Part shown: in pieces, positions 8,698 through 16,722 of the stretch
Layout: the number at the start of each line of letters is the position of its first letter
How positions within the stretch are numbered: the first letter of the stretch is position 1
Assembly (NCBI GenBank): GCA_028870635.1
Contig: JAGWPE010000260.1
Coordinates: 2,612-66,611 of the forward strand
DNA: 64,000 nt
Direction of reading: 5' to 3'
Source of the DNA: Gammaproteobacteria bacterium
GTDB lineage: Bacteria; Pseudomonadota; Gammaproteobacteria; Steroidobacterales; Steroidobacteraceae
Position numbers and translations under genes: made by a program
Notes under the pieces: model-generated
The model's input: only the letters and a program-made list of their open reading frames with translations
The model's database searches: none
What the model was told of the DNA's origin: nothing

Positions 8698-9492
8698 TCA
8701 GTGTTGGGAGGAGGCGCTTGTGGAAGCTCCGCCCTCGGCGGACGCCGATGCGGAAGGCTGCCGGGAGACAGCCGCCTGTCCGCTCATCGAGGAGCCGCCC
8801 TCTGCCGCCCGGTTGCCTGCCGATCCCTGTGCCGAGGCGCCGCCGCCCAACCCGGTATCGATTCCGTTGCTCAGCCCGCTGCCCGAGCCACTTACATCCC
8901 CGCCGCGGGCCGATCCTCCCGAATTGCCGCTGTCGTGCCCGTGACCCGAGCGCGTTCTCCCGGTGCTTGTGCTCGATGGCTTCGATGCCGATGCCTGTGC
9001 CAGGCCAGCGAGCGCCGCGCGCGACCCGCCCGCGGCATTGAGACCGCCGATTGCCGGAATCCCCGCCGGATTGACGGCACTCGGCTGCGGGCTCACGGCG
9101 CCCTGAGCAGCACCGGCAGCGCTACCGGACCCCGATCCTGCGGCGTTCACCGCCGCGTTGCGGCTCTTCCCAGCCATCCGACTGCCATCGCGCTCCAGGG
9201 CTCCACCGCCCCGCGCGGCTCCATTTGCAGCGCCCCGCGTGGCAGATTCTCCCGCCCCCGCAGCGCGGTGAACGGGGCTGAGCCCATCGCTCTCTCCCGC
9301 CAGCGAGCCATTCATCATGCCCCAGCCGCCGCCGCTCATGGCGCCGCCGGCAGGGCCAAAGCCGCCGCCGAGAGCACCGCCTATCGCACCGCCGGCGGCG
9401 CCGCCGAGAAGCTGCGCATGTGCCGGCGCACCGAAGGCAAACACGGCGAAGACGGCGGCTCCCGCGAAAAGATGATGTGCTTTTGCATTCAT
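8698..9492 (-). CDS. Secreted Gly/Ala/Ser-rich low-complexity protein with N-terminal glycine-zipper segment
   Basis: ATG 9492 is preceded by a GAGGAG Shine-Dalgarno sequence. Signal peptide MNAKAHHLFAGAAVFAVFAFGAPAHA, then LLGGAAGGAIGGALGGGFGPAGGAMSGGGWG. The rest is G/S/A/N-rich and predicted disordered. Confidence 0.6.
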   Translation of the reverse strand: MNAKAHHLFAGAAVFAVFAFGAPAHAQLLGGAAGGAIGGALGGGFGPAGGAMSGGGWGMMNGSLAGESDGLSPVHRAAGAGESATRGAANGAARGGGALERDGSRMAGKSRNAAVNAAGSGSGSAAGAAQGAVSPQPSAVNPAGIPAIGGLNAAGGSRAALAGLAQASASKPSSTSTGRTRSGHGHDSGNSGGSARGGDVSGSGSGLSNGIDTGLGGGASAQGSAGNRAAEGGSSMSGQAAVSRQPSASASAEGGASTSASSQH

Positions 9493-9597
9493 GATCGTTC
9501 TCCTCTCGAAGCCGCGGCCCATCCGCGACCTTCGAGGAGAACTACGACGGCCGAGGCCAAATTCTTCCCGAGCCGGCCGGTGAATTTCCGTTTTGAC

Positions 9598-10941
9598 TTA
9601 TTTCCCGGGTACCGGCCGGGGCGAAGGCAGGCCGGCGCCGACCAGTCCATAGCCGAAGACGACATTGCGGCCCGGTGCGCCGAGGTGCGCCGCCGAGCGA
9701 GCGAGCGCGTCGACGGCCGCATGAGCTGCGGCGGGATTGGGTGGCGATGAGGGCACCGTGCCACTTGCGGAGTCCGCGCTGCCCAGCCTCTCGGCCAGCA
9801 GACCGGCAACGAGCGGCGCGGCAAAGGATGTTCCACGCACTTTCTCGAAACCGTCCGGCAAAGTGGCCGCCGGGATGTCTGCGCCGGGAGCGGCGAACAT
9901 GACCTGGGGTCCGCGCTCTGCCTCGAATATCACGCGCCGGCGGGCATCCACGGCAGTCACGCCGACAACGCCCGGATAGGCCGCCGGATAGAGCGGCGGT
10001 GCCGCCGGACCGTCGTTACCCACGGCTGCCACGATGAGAAAGCCCCGGGCCACCATGAGAGCGACCACCTGCTGCAACAGCGCGTTGGGCGGTCCGACGA
10101 GACTCACGTTGATGACCGGCACCCCCTGGCCGGCGAGCCACTCCAGAGCCTCCGCGATCGCCTCTACTGCGCCCCCGGTCGGCCTGCCGCAGAAGACATC
10201 CGCCGCATAGAGCGCGGCGCCCGGCGCCGCGCCGCCGAACCGGGCGGAGCGCCCGACCATGAGCGAGGCCACCTCGGTACCGTGCGCGCTCGGCACCACA
10301 GCGCCGCCGCAGCCGTGCCGCTGAATGACGATGCCTGCCAGTACGGCTTGCCCGGTTCCAACACCACCGTCGACGAGTCCCAGCGGGGCCGCGTTCACGC
10401 GCCGGGTGCCGCCGACGCCCGGCGATACGGCGACGGCGCCGCCGCTCACGCCGCTCTCGGTATAGATATTGTTGAAATCGTAAGTGCCGGCGGGATCCAA
10501 CCCACGGAGCAGACTCAGTGCGCGGCTCGTTGCCGTGCCGCGCGGGACACCCAGCACCACCAGGTGAATGCCGAGCGTGCCGAGACTGCGCTCGCGCACG
10601 ATCGAGAACCCCGCGCCGCGCGCGCGGGCCAGCGCGGCGTCCGTTGGGGAGAATGCCAGCACTTCGCCCCGCACGATCGGGTTCCCGCTCGGGTCCGCCT
10701 CGAGCACATCCGCGTGCCGGCGCAGGAGCAGGCGAATCTGGAGCAGCCGCGACGCGCGCGCGTCGGCGAGCCGACCGGCTTCACCGGTCAGGGCGCCGAG
10801 GGTCTGCTGCGCGCCGAATGGAAGTTCCACCCCGCCCGGCAAGCCTCCGGGCAATCCGGGAAGCGGCTGCCCTCCGAGGGCGATCTGCGCCTGCGCCGCA
10901 GGGCCGAGCAGCAGGATCATGAGAAGCAGTACACGAGCCAT
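9598..10941 (-). CDS. S8 family (subtilisin-like) serine peptidase with signal peptide and propeptide-like N-region
   Basis: Signal MARVLLLMILLLGPAAQA. Catalytic motifs HGTEVASLMVG (His) and GTSFAAPLVAG (Ser). Confidence 0.85.
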   Translation of the reverse strand: MARVLLLMILLLGPAAQAQIALGGQPLPGLPGGLPGGVELPFGAQQTLGALTGEAGRLADARASRLLQIRLLLRRHADVLEADPSGNPIVRGEVLAFSPTDAALARARGAGFSIVRERSLGTLGIHLVVLGVPRGTATSRALSLLRGLDPAGTYDFNNIYTESGVSGGAVAVSPGVGGTRRVNAAPLGLVDGGVGTGQAVLAGIVIQRHGCGGAVVPSAHGTEVASLMVGRSARFGGAAPGAALYAADVFCGRPTGGAVEAIAEALEWLAGQGVPVINVSLVGPPNALLQQVVALMVARGFLIVAAVGNDGPAAPPLYPAAYPGVVGVTAVDARRRVIFEAERGPQVMFAAPGADIPAATLPDGFEKVRGTSFAAPLVAGLLAERLGSADSASGTVPSSPPNPAAAHAAVDALARSAAHLGAPGRNVVFGYGLVGAGLPSPRPVPGK

Positions 10942-11013
10942 GGCGTCACGCTAGTTGAATGTCCCCACATATGGAAGAAAATGGCCCCCACCTCCGTAAT
11001 ACGATCGAAGGGC

Positions 11014-11517
11014 ATGGGCTCATCCGGCGAGGATCTCCGTGATCGCATCATCGAGCTTCTACCGCGTCTGCGGCGGTTTGCGCGCTCCCTGGCGCGCAAC
11101 GCCCAGGATGCGGACGATCTGGTGCAGATCACCGCCGAGCGTGCCCTCGCGCGCGCCGGACAGCTCCGCCCGGATCACTCCGTGGCGAGCTGGCTGTTCG
11201 GCATCCTGCGCAACGCCTGGATCGACGAAGGCCGCAGCCGCCGCCGGCGCGAGTCGCTGCTCGATCCGGAGGACCTCGCCGAGCGTATCGGGGATCCCGC
11301 CGTGGGCGCGGACCCGGAGCTGCTCTGCCTGCAGGACGCCCTCTCCCGCCTACCCGAAGACCAGCGCCTCGCCATCGCCCTGGTTCTCGTGGAGGGATTC
11401 TCCTACAAAGAGGCCGCTGCGATCATGGGCGTCCCCGTCGGAACGCTGACCAGCCGCCTGGCACGCGGCCGCGAGGCGCTGCAGTCGATGTTGTCCGAGA
11501 CTTCCGGAGTGCAGTAA
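11014..11517 (+). CDS. ECF-type RNA polymerase sigma-70 family factor
   Basis: Last ~167 aa of ORF 10282..11517: sigma-2 (DADDLVQITAERAL...WLFGILRNAWIDEGR) and sigma-4 (LPEDQRLAIALVLVEGFSYKEAAAIMGVPVGTLTSRLARGR). An alternative ATG lies at 10981. Confidence 0.85.
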   Translation: MGSSGEDLRDRIIELLPRLRRFARSLARNAQDADDLVQITAERALARAGQLRPDHSVASWLFGILRNAWIDEGRSRRRRESLLDPEDLAERIGDPAVGADPELLCLQDALSRLPEDQRLAIALVLVEGFSYKEAAAIMGVPVGTLTSRLARGREALQSMLSETSGVQ

Positions 11518-12260
11518 TGACGATCCCCGACGAGGTGCTCATGGCGTATGCCGACGATGAGCTCGACGCGGAAACTCGCGCCGCCGTCGAGGCCGCAATC
11601 GCATCCGATCCGGAGGTCGCACGCCGCATCGCCCAACACAGGGCGCTGCGCAATCGCATCCATTCCGCTTTCAACAAGGTCCTCGACGAGCCCGTCCCTG
11701 CGCGCCTGTCGACGGCGGCGCGCAGTGAACCCGCCGGTCCGCGCAAAGATAACGTCGTGCCGCTCCGGCACCGGCCGGCATCCCGGTGGACCTGGCCGCA
11801 GTGGACCGCGATCGCGGCAAGCCTGCTCGTCGGCGTGATAGCCGGGCGGCTGGCGCTCCTGCGCTCCAGCAATCCGGGCCCCATAGTCATGAAGGAGGGA
11901 CGCGTGTTGGCGGCAGGCGCACTGGCCGATGCCCTGTCGGATCAGCTCGCCGGCGATCAGACCGCCGCGGGCTCCGTGCGCATCGGCGTCAGTTTCCGGT
12001 CGAAGTCGGGCGAATACTGCCGAACCTTCACGCTGAGCCAACCCGCCGCCCTGGCCGGACTCGCATGCCGCGCGGCCGACGCCTGGCGGGTCGGCGTGTT
12101 GGCGCGCACGGAATCGTCGGCCGGCGGCTCAGGCAGCTATCGGCAGGCGGCCTCCCCCATACCGCCGGCTGTGACGGCGGCCGTCGGGAATCAGATTGCG
12201 GGCGAGCCGCTCGATGCGCATGCCGAGGCCGTCGCGCGCGCACAGCATTGGCAACGCTGA
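11517..12260 (+). CDS. Anti-sigma factor, single-pass membrane protein
   Basis: 1-nt overlap with the sigma gene (TAATG). N-terminus MTIPDEVLMAYADDELDAETRAAVEAAIASDPEVARRI is typical of an anti-sigma N-domain. TM segment WTAIAASLLVGVIAGRLAL, followed by a periplasmic C-domain. Confidence 0.7.
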   Translation: MTIPDEVLMAYADDELDAETRAAVEAAIASDPEVARRIAQHRALRNRIHSAFNKVLDEPVPARLSTAARSEPAGPRKDNVVPLRHRPASRWTWPQWTAIAASLLVGVIAGRLALLRSSNPGPIVMKEGRVLAAGALADALSDQLAGDQTAAGSVRIGVSFRSKSGEYCRTFTLSQPAALAGLACRAADAWRVGVLARTESSAGGSGSYRQAASPIPPAVTAAVGNQIAGEPLDAHAEAVARAQHWQR

Positions 12261-12316
12261 GCGCACCGCAGGCGAAACCCAGGCGCGAGCACGCATGGTT
12301 TCGATTAACATGAGGA

Positions 12317-12730
12317 ATGCTCTGGCTCAAGGCCTTCCACGTCATCTTCGTCGTCACCTGGTTCGCAGGGCTCTTCTATCTGCCGCGGCTTTTCGTCTAC
12401 CACTCGGCCGCACCCGACGCGCTCGGCCGTGAGCGCTTCATGGTGATGGAGCGGCGGCTCTTCATCCTGATGACTGTCGGCGGCACGCTCGCCATCGCGT
12501 TCGGCGTCTCGATGGTCGCCGCCGCACCCGGATATCTGTCCTTCACCTGGCTGCGCGTGAAACTGGTGCTGGTGGCCGGGCTCGTCCTCTATCACCTCTG
12601 GTGCTACAGGTTGATCGGTGACCTGCGGGCGGGGCGCAACAGCCGCTCGCAACGCTGGTATCGGATCTTCAACGAGGTGCCGGGGCTCTTCCTCATCGCC
12701 ATCGTGGTGCTCGCGGTAGTCAAACCCTGA
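12317..12730 (+). CDS. hemJ: Protoporphyrinogen oxidase HemJ (UPF0093 family)
   Basis: 137 aa. MLWLKAFHVIFVVTWFAGLFYLPRLFVYH and the four-TM layout are characteristic of HemJ. Confidence 0.8.
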   Translation: MLWLKAFHVIFVVTWFAGLFYLPRLFVYHSAAPDALGRERFMVMERRLFILMTVGGTLAIAFGVSMVAAAPGYLSFTWLRVKLVLVAGLVLYHLWCYRLIGDLRAGRNSRSQRWYRIFNEVPGLFLIAIVVLAVVKP

Positions 12731-13301
12731 CGCCGTCCTCTTCCCCCCAATATCTCACGCTGTCTTCCCACTGACCCCGCGCCGGCGGCGGGACGCCATC
12801 GGCCGCCGCAGTGCCCAGGTAGAGAAATCCCACGATCGCGTCCGCGGACTGCAGTCCGAGCGCCACCTTCACCGTCTCGTCGTAAGCGGCATCGCCGGTT
12901 TTCCACATGGCGCCGAATCCGAGCGCCGGGGCGGCGAGCATGAGGTTCTCGGCCGCGGCCCCCGCCGCCAGGATCTGCTCGATCGCTGGAATCTTGGCCG
13001 CGGCGTTGCACACGGCCGCGACCACGATGATGAGCGGGGCACGCAACGCCTTTTGCCGCTCGCGCTGCAATGTCTCGGCGCTCGCGGCCGGCAGCTTGCG
13101 CCGCAGTTGGTCCGCCATCAGCTCACCCAGGCGCTCGCGCGCGGCGCCGCGAATCACGATGAATCTCCACGGGCGCAGTCGCCCGTGATCGGGCGCGCGG
13201 CAGGCGCATTCGAGCAGCAGCTCGAGCGCGCCCTGATCGGGCGCCGGGTCGGTAAGAGTCTTGGCGGAACGTCGCTGGAGGATCGCATCGATGGCATGCA
13301 T
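12720..13301 (-). CDS. Nitroreductase family protein (YdjA-like)
   Basis: 193 aa. [16 protein letters not shown]...[15 protein letters not shown]... follows the nitroreductase-fold pattern. Confidence 0.8.
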   Translation of the reverse strand: MHAIDAILQRRSAKTLTDPAPDQGALELLLECACRAPDHGRLRPWRFIVIRGAARERLGELMADQLRRKLPAASAETLQRERQKALRAPLIIVVAAVCNAAAKIPAIEQILAAGAAAENLMLAAPALGFGAMWKTGDAAYDETVKVALGLQSADAIVGFLYLGTAAADGVPPPARGQWEDSVRYWGEEDGVRV

Positions 13302-13432
13302 GGACGAAACGGACCTTTGAGAGTGCCCTCCGGGGCAATCGCTCCATCTTCCCAGATTCCCCGGCGCGCAGCTCGACGGCCGCCCCTGTACACCGAGCGT
13401 CCAATATCTGGAAACAGTGTAGAGTCGGCGTC

Positions 13433-13978
13433 ATGGACCCGACCGATCTGCAAGAGCTCAAAGCATCCATTCGCACCATCGCGGACTATCCTCGTCCGGG
13501 AATCCAGTTCAGGGACATCACCACTCTGCTAGGCAACGCGCGGATGTTCCGCCGCGCGGTGGACGAGCTGGTGCGCCCCTGGACCGGCTCGAAAGTCGAT
13601 CGGGTTGCGGGCATCGAGGCGCGCGGCTTCATTCTGGGCGGCGCCATCGCCCACCAGCTTGCTGCCGGGTTCGTACCCATCCGCAAGAAAGGCAAGCTGC
13701 CGCATGAGACGGTGCGCGTGGCTTACTCCCTCGAGTACGGGCTGGATGAGATCGAGATCCATCGGGACGGTGTCGCCCGCGGCGAGCGCATCATCCTGGT
13801 GGATGACCTCATCGCCACGGGCGGCACGGCCGAGGCGGCCGTGAAGCTCCTGCGCTCCCTGGGGGCGCAGATCCTGGCCGCCTGCTTCGTCATCGATCTG
13901 CCGGACCTCGGCGGCTCCCGGCGCCTGGAAGCTCTGGAGGTGCCGGTGCGGACACTTGTCGCTTTTCAGGGACACTGA
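13433..13978 (+). CDS. apt: Adenine phosphoribosyltransferase
   Basis: 181 aa. [21 protein letters not shown] and the PRPP motif [17 protein letters not shown]. Confidence 0.92.
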   Translation: MDPTDLQELKASIRTIADYPRPGIQFRDITTLLGNARMFRRAVDELVRPWTGSKVDRVAGIEARGFILGGAIAHQLAAGFVPIRKKGKLPHETVRVAYSLEYGLDEIEIHRDGVARGERIILVDDLIATGGTAEAAVKLLRSLGAQILAACFVIDLPDLGGSRRLEALEVPVRTLVAFQGH

Positions 13979-14123
13979 GCCCCGAAACCCCTGTTCCGGA
14001 CCCGGAACATTACTTTCCGGTCATCCAGGCTTGCGACGCCGGACTTGTGGGGATAATGCGTGCCGTACCGGGCCTGAGCGCCCGGCCGATTACAGACTGC
14101 TCTCAATCCTCGCTATTTTGGAG

Positions 14124-14339
14124 ATGTCGATGCTCAAGAAGCTCCTTCCCGCCCTCCTGGGCGCGCTGCTGGTCGCCAGCCCGGTCATCGCGGTCACCAC
14201 TGCGGCGGCTGCCCCCCAGGCTCAGGCCCAGACCTCGACGATGAAGTCCCATCACAAGGCCGCCAAGCACAAGAAGGCTTCCCATCATGCGATGAAGAAG
14301 CATTCGAAGAAGAAGGCGAAGAAGGCCCCGGGCGCCTGA
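14124..14339 (+). CDS. Small secreted Lys/His/Ala-rich protein (Asr acid-shock-protein-like composition)
   Basis: MSMLKKLLPALLGALLVASPVIAVTTAAAA signal, then PQAQAQTSTMKSHHKAAKHKKASHHAMKKHSKKKAKKAPGA. Followed by a strong intrinsic terminator. Confidence 0.55.
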   Translation: MSMLKKLLPALLGALLVASPVIAVTTAAAAPQAQAQTSTMKSHHKAAKHKKASHHAMKKHSKKKAKKAPGA

Positions 14340-14354
14340 GAGCCCTTCGGCCAG

Positions 14355-14387
14355 AAAAGCCCCGCCTGGTGCGGGGCTTTTTTTTTG
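14355..14387 (+). terminator. Rho-independent terminator
   Basis: Stem AGCCCCGC (14358-14365) / GCGGGGCT (14371-14378), loop CTGGT, followed by a 9-T run. Confidence 0.75.
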
Positions 14388-14400
14388 CGTGCGGTTTTTC

Positions 14401-14508
14401 ATTGGCCCGAAGTCGCCTGCGGCGCTTCGGGCAGCCAGCCCTGTGACTAATTTGATCTCGCGGCCCAGGGAACGGCCCTGGGCCGCTTACTCACTTGCTT
14501 TCGCACGG
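14401..14508 (+). repeat. Structured intergenic repeat, copy A (two hairpins)
   Basis: Hairpin 1: GCCCGAAG (14405-14412) / CTTCGGGC (14425-14432). Hairpin 2: GCGGCCCAGGG (14460-14470) / CCCTGGGCCGC (14476-14486). Tail: GCTTACTCACTTGCTTTCGCACGG. Related copies lie at 19912-19974, 20246-20457, 25269-25469 (inverted) and 52481-52540. Confidence 0.7.
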
Positions 14509-14542
14509 TAAGGGTCTGTTAAATCCTTTACGGGGATTTGCA

Positions 14543-15544
14543 ATGCCTAGCGCCGAATCGGAACTGCCCAACCCCGACATCGACGACGCCGGGGCGCGCC
14601 TGCACCAAGCTATGCGCACACACCATCCGACGGGCTGGTCGGCGCTGAGGCTGCTGCCGGCGCGCGCCCGGCTCGCACTCGCCGGGGTACTCTTGGCCGC
14701 TCTGGCTTCGGCGGCGATCGCCGAATGGCTGGCGGACGCGCCGCAAACCCAGGCAGCCGTCATCTTCCTGGCGCTTCTGGCGGTGGGACTGCTCCTCGCG
14801 CTCAGCAGGCTGCTGGCCGCGGATGCCGTGAGGCGCGAGGCTCAGCGCGCGGCTTCAGAGCGCCATGCGAAAGATCTGGAAACTCTGATCGAGGCGCGGA
14901 CACGCGAGCTCTCCGCCCTCTCGACCCATCTGCAGGAGCTCTCGGAAAAGGAGAAGTCGGAGCTGGCCCGCAATCTCCACGATGAGCTCGGAGGCCTGCT
15001 GACGGCGGCCAAGATGGATTTGTCCTGGCTGCAGTCGCGCGTGCCCGATCCCGCGCTACAGGAGCGGCTGGCGCAGCTCGGGGGCGTGCTCGATGAGGCC
15101 ATGGATCTCAAGCGCCGTGTGGTGGAGGATCTTCGACCATCGCTGCTCGATCACTTCGGCCTGCCGACGGCACTGCGCGCCTACGTCGATTCGGCATGCG
15201 CGAAGGCGGGACTGCGCGCGGACCTGACGCTGCCCGAGGACGGCGTGCCGATGTCCAAGGAGACGGCGATCGCTCTCTTCAGAATCGTGCAGGAAGGCAT
15301 CACCAACATCATCCGCCATGCCGCCGCGCGGTCGGTGACCCTGCGATTCGTCCTGGAGCGCGAGGCCTGCCGCTTCACACTGAGAGACGACGGCTGCGGC
15401 TTCGATGCGGCCGACCCGAAGTTCCGCTGGTCGCACGGCCTCATGGGAATGCGCCAGCGAGTACGCGCGCTCGGCGGACAGTTCGATCTCGAATCAGCCC
15501 CGGGCGCGGGCACCACGCTCCGGGTGACGATCCCCAGGGATTAG
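14543..15544 (+). CDS. Sensor histidine kinase, HisKA_3 (NarX/DesK-type) with two N-terminal TM segments
   Basis: H-box LARNLHDELGGLLTAAKMDL. HATPase_c motifs (ALFRIVQEGITNIIRHA, RDDGCGF, GLMGMRQRVRALGG). ATG at 14543. Confidence 0.85.
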   Translation: MPSAESELPNPDIDDAGARLHQAMRTHHPTGWSALRLLPARARLALAGVLLAALASAAIAEWLADAPQTQAAVIFLALLAVGLLLALSRLLAADAVRREAQRAASERHAKDLETLIEARTRELSALSTHLQELSEKEKSELARNLHDELGGLLTAAKMDLSWLQSRVPDPALQERLAQLGGVLDEAMDLKRRVVEDLRPSLLDHFGLPTALRAYVDSACAKAGLRADLTLPEDGVPMSKETAIALFRIVQEGITNIIRHAAARSVTLRFVLEREACRFTLRDDGCGFDAADPKFRWSHGLMGMRQRVRALGGQFDLESAPGAGTTLRVTIPRD

Positions 15545-15990
15545 TTGGGGGGACTCCATTTCGAGTGGCCGTCGACGACCACTGCCTTCAGCAGAGAGAT
15601 GTCCCGCATCTTGTCGAGGAAGTAATCCGCCCCGGCCGCGAAGCAGTGATCACGCACGAAATCCGATGCGTAATTGGTCAACACCACGACCAGCGGCTGG
15701 GCGTCCGGCGGATAGAGCTGACGGACCTGGCGGATCACCGCCACACCGTTTCCCTCGGCCAGCTCGATGTCGACCACCAACACATCGTAGGTCGACTCCT
15801 GCAGGCGCAGCAGCGCCTCCGACTGTGTCGCCGCCTGCGCCGTGACCGAGATCAGTCCGGGCTCCGACAGCAGATCCACCAGGCGCCGCGACAGCACGGC
15901 GGAATCCTCGATGAGGAGGATGCGCCGCTCGGCCTTGGAGGAGCCGTTGCCGCCCTCGGATCGCGCTTCAGCGCCCACCATACGCCTCAC
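15541..15990 (-). CDS. Single-domain (CheY-like) response regulator receiver protein
   Basis: RILLIEDSAV...DVLVVDIELAEGNG...VVVLTNY...DYFLDK, receiver motifs only. GTG 15990 overlaps the upstream stop as GTGA; an alternative ATG lies at 15981. Confidence 0.8.
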   Translation of the reverse strand: MRRMVGAEARSEGGNGSSKAERRILLIEDSAVLSRRLVDLLSEPGLISVTAQAATQSEALLRLQESTYDVLVVDIELAEGNGVAVIRQVRQLYPPDAQPLVVVLTNYASDFVRDHCFAAGADYFLDKMRDISLLKAVVVDGHSKWSPPN

Positions 15991-16625
15991 TGCAGCAGGT
16001 TGTTCTTGATGGCGTAATAGGTCATGTCGGCGTTCGTCTTCATTCCCATCTTCTCCAGTATCCGTGTGCGGTAGGTGCTGACGGTCTTGACGCTGAGGAA
16101 GAGGCCGGCGGCGATTTCCGAGACGCTGCGTCCTTCGGCGAGCTTGCAGAAGATCTGGAATTCCCGTTCCGAGAGTACGCTGTGCCGCGGCTCGCCCGGT
16201 GCGCCCTGCAGACCGCTCACCAGCATCTCCGCGAGCTCAGGGCTCACGTAGCGGCCGCCGCGCATCGCGGCACGGATCGCACGGCACAGCTCCCCGTCGT
16301 CGGCGCTCTTGCTCACGAAGCCGCTCGCCCCTGCGCGTAGTACGTTCAGACCGTACTGGCTCTCCGGATAGGCGCTCAACACCAGCGTAGCCACCGATTC
16401 GTGGTGGGACTTGATCTGCCGGAGCACGTCCAGTCCCGACATGTCGGGAAGCGAAAGGTCCAGCAGGAGCACGTCACATGGAGCAGTGCGCAGCAGCGTC
16501 AGAGCCTCGCGTCCTGTCTTCGCCTCACCGGCCCAGACGAAATCGGCTTGTGCCTCGATGATCTGCCTCAGCCCGATACGCACGAGCTGATGATCGTCCA
16601 CGACCGCGACTCGAATGGCCGGCAT
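15987..16625 (-). CDS. NarL/FixJ (LuxR-type HTH) response regulator
   Basis: MPAIRVAVVDDHQLVRIGL...DVLLLDLSLPDMSG... receiver plus LSEREFQIFCKLAEGRSVSEIAAGLFLSVKTVSTYRTRILEKMG LuxR HTH. The track ORF extends upstream to 16802 without support. Confidence 0.9.
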   Translation of the reverse strand: MPAIRVAVVDDHQLVRIGLRQIIEAQADFVWAGEAKTGREALTLLRTAPCDVLLLDLSLPDMSGLDVLRQIKSHHESVATLVLSAYPESQYGLNVLRAGASGFVSKSADDGELCRAIRAAMRGGRYVSPELAEMLVSGLQGAPGEPRHSVLSEREFQIFCKLAEGRSVSEIAAGLFLSVKTVSTYRTRILEKMGMKTNADMTYYAIKNNLLQ

Positions 16626-16722
16626 CAGAGTAGGCGCCGATGGGCGGGCAAGCCTATGGGAGTTGCGGAAGCGGCAACGGGAGCTGCAACGCAACGGACT
16701 GTAGGAATCGTCCGACGGACCC

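Noticed and set aside
13993-14008. Hairpin GTTCCG-GACC-CGGAAC after apt, considered as a terminator
   Set aside because: The stem is short and no U-tract follows, so it is too weak to call.
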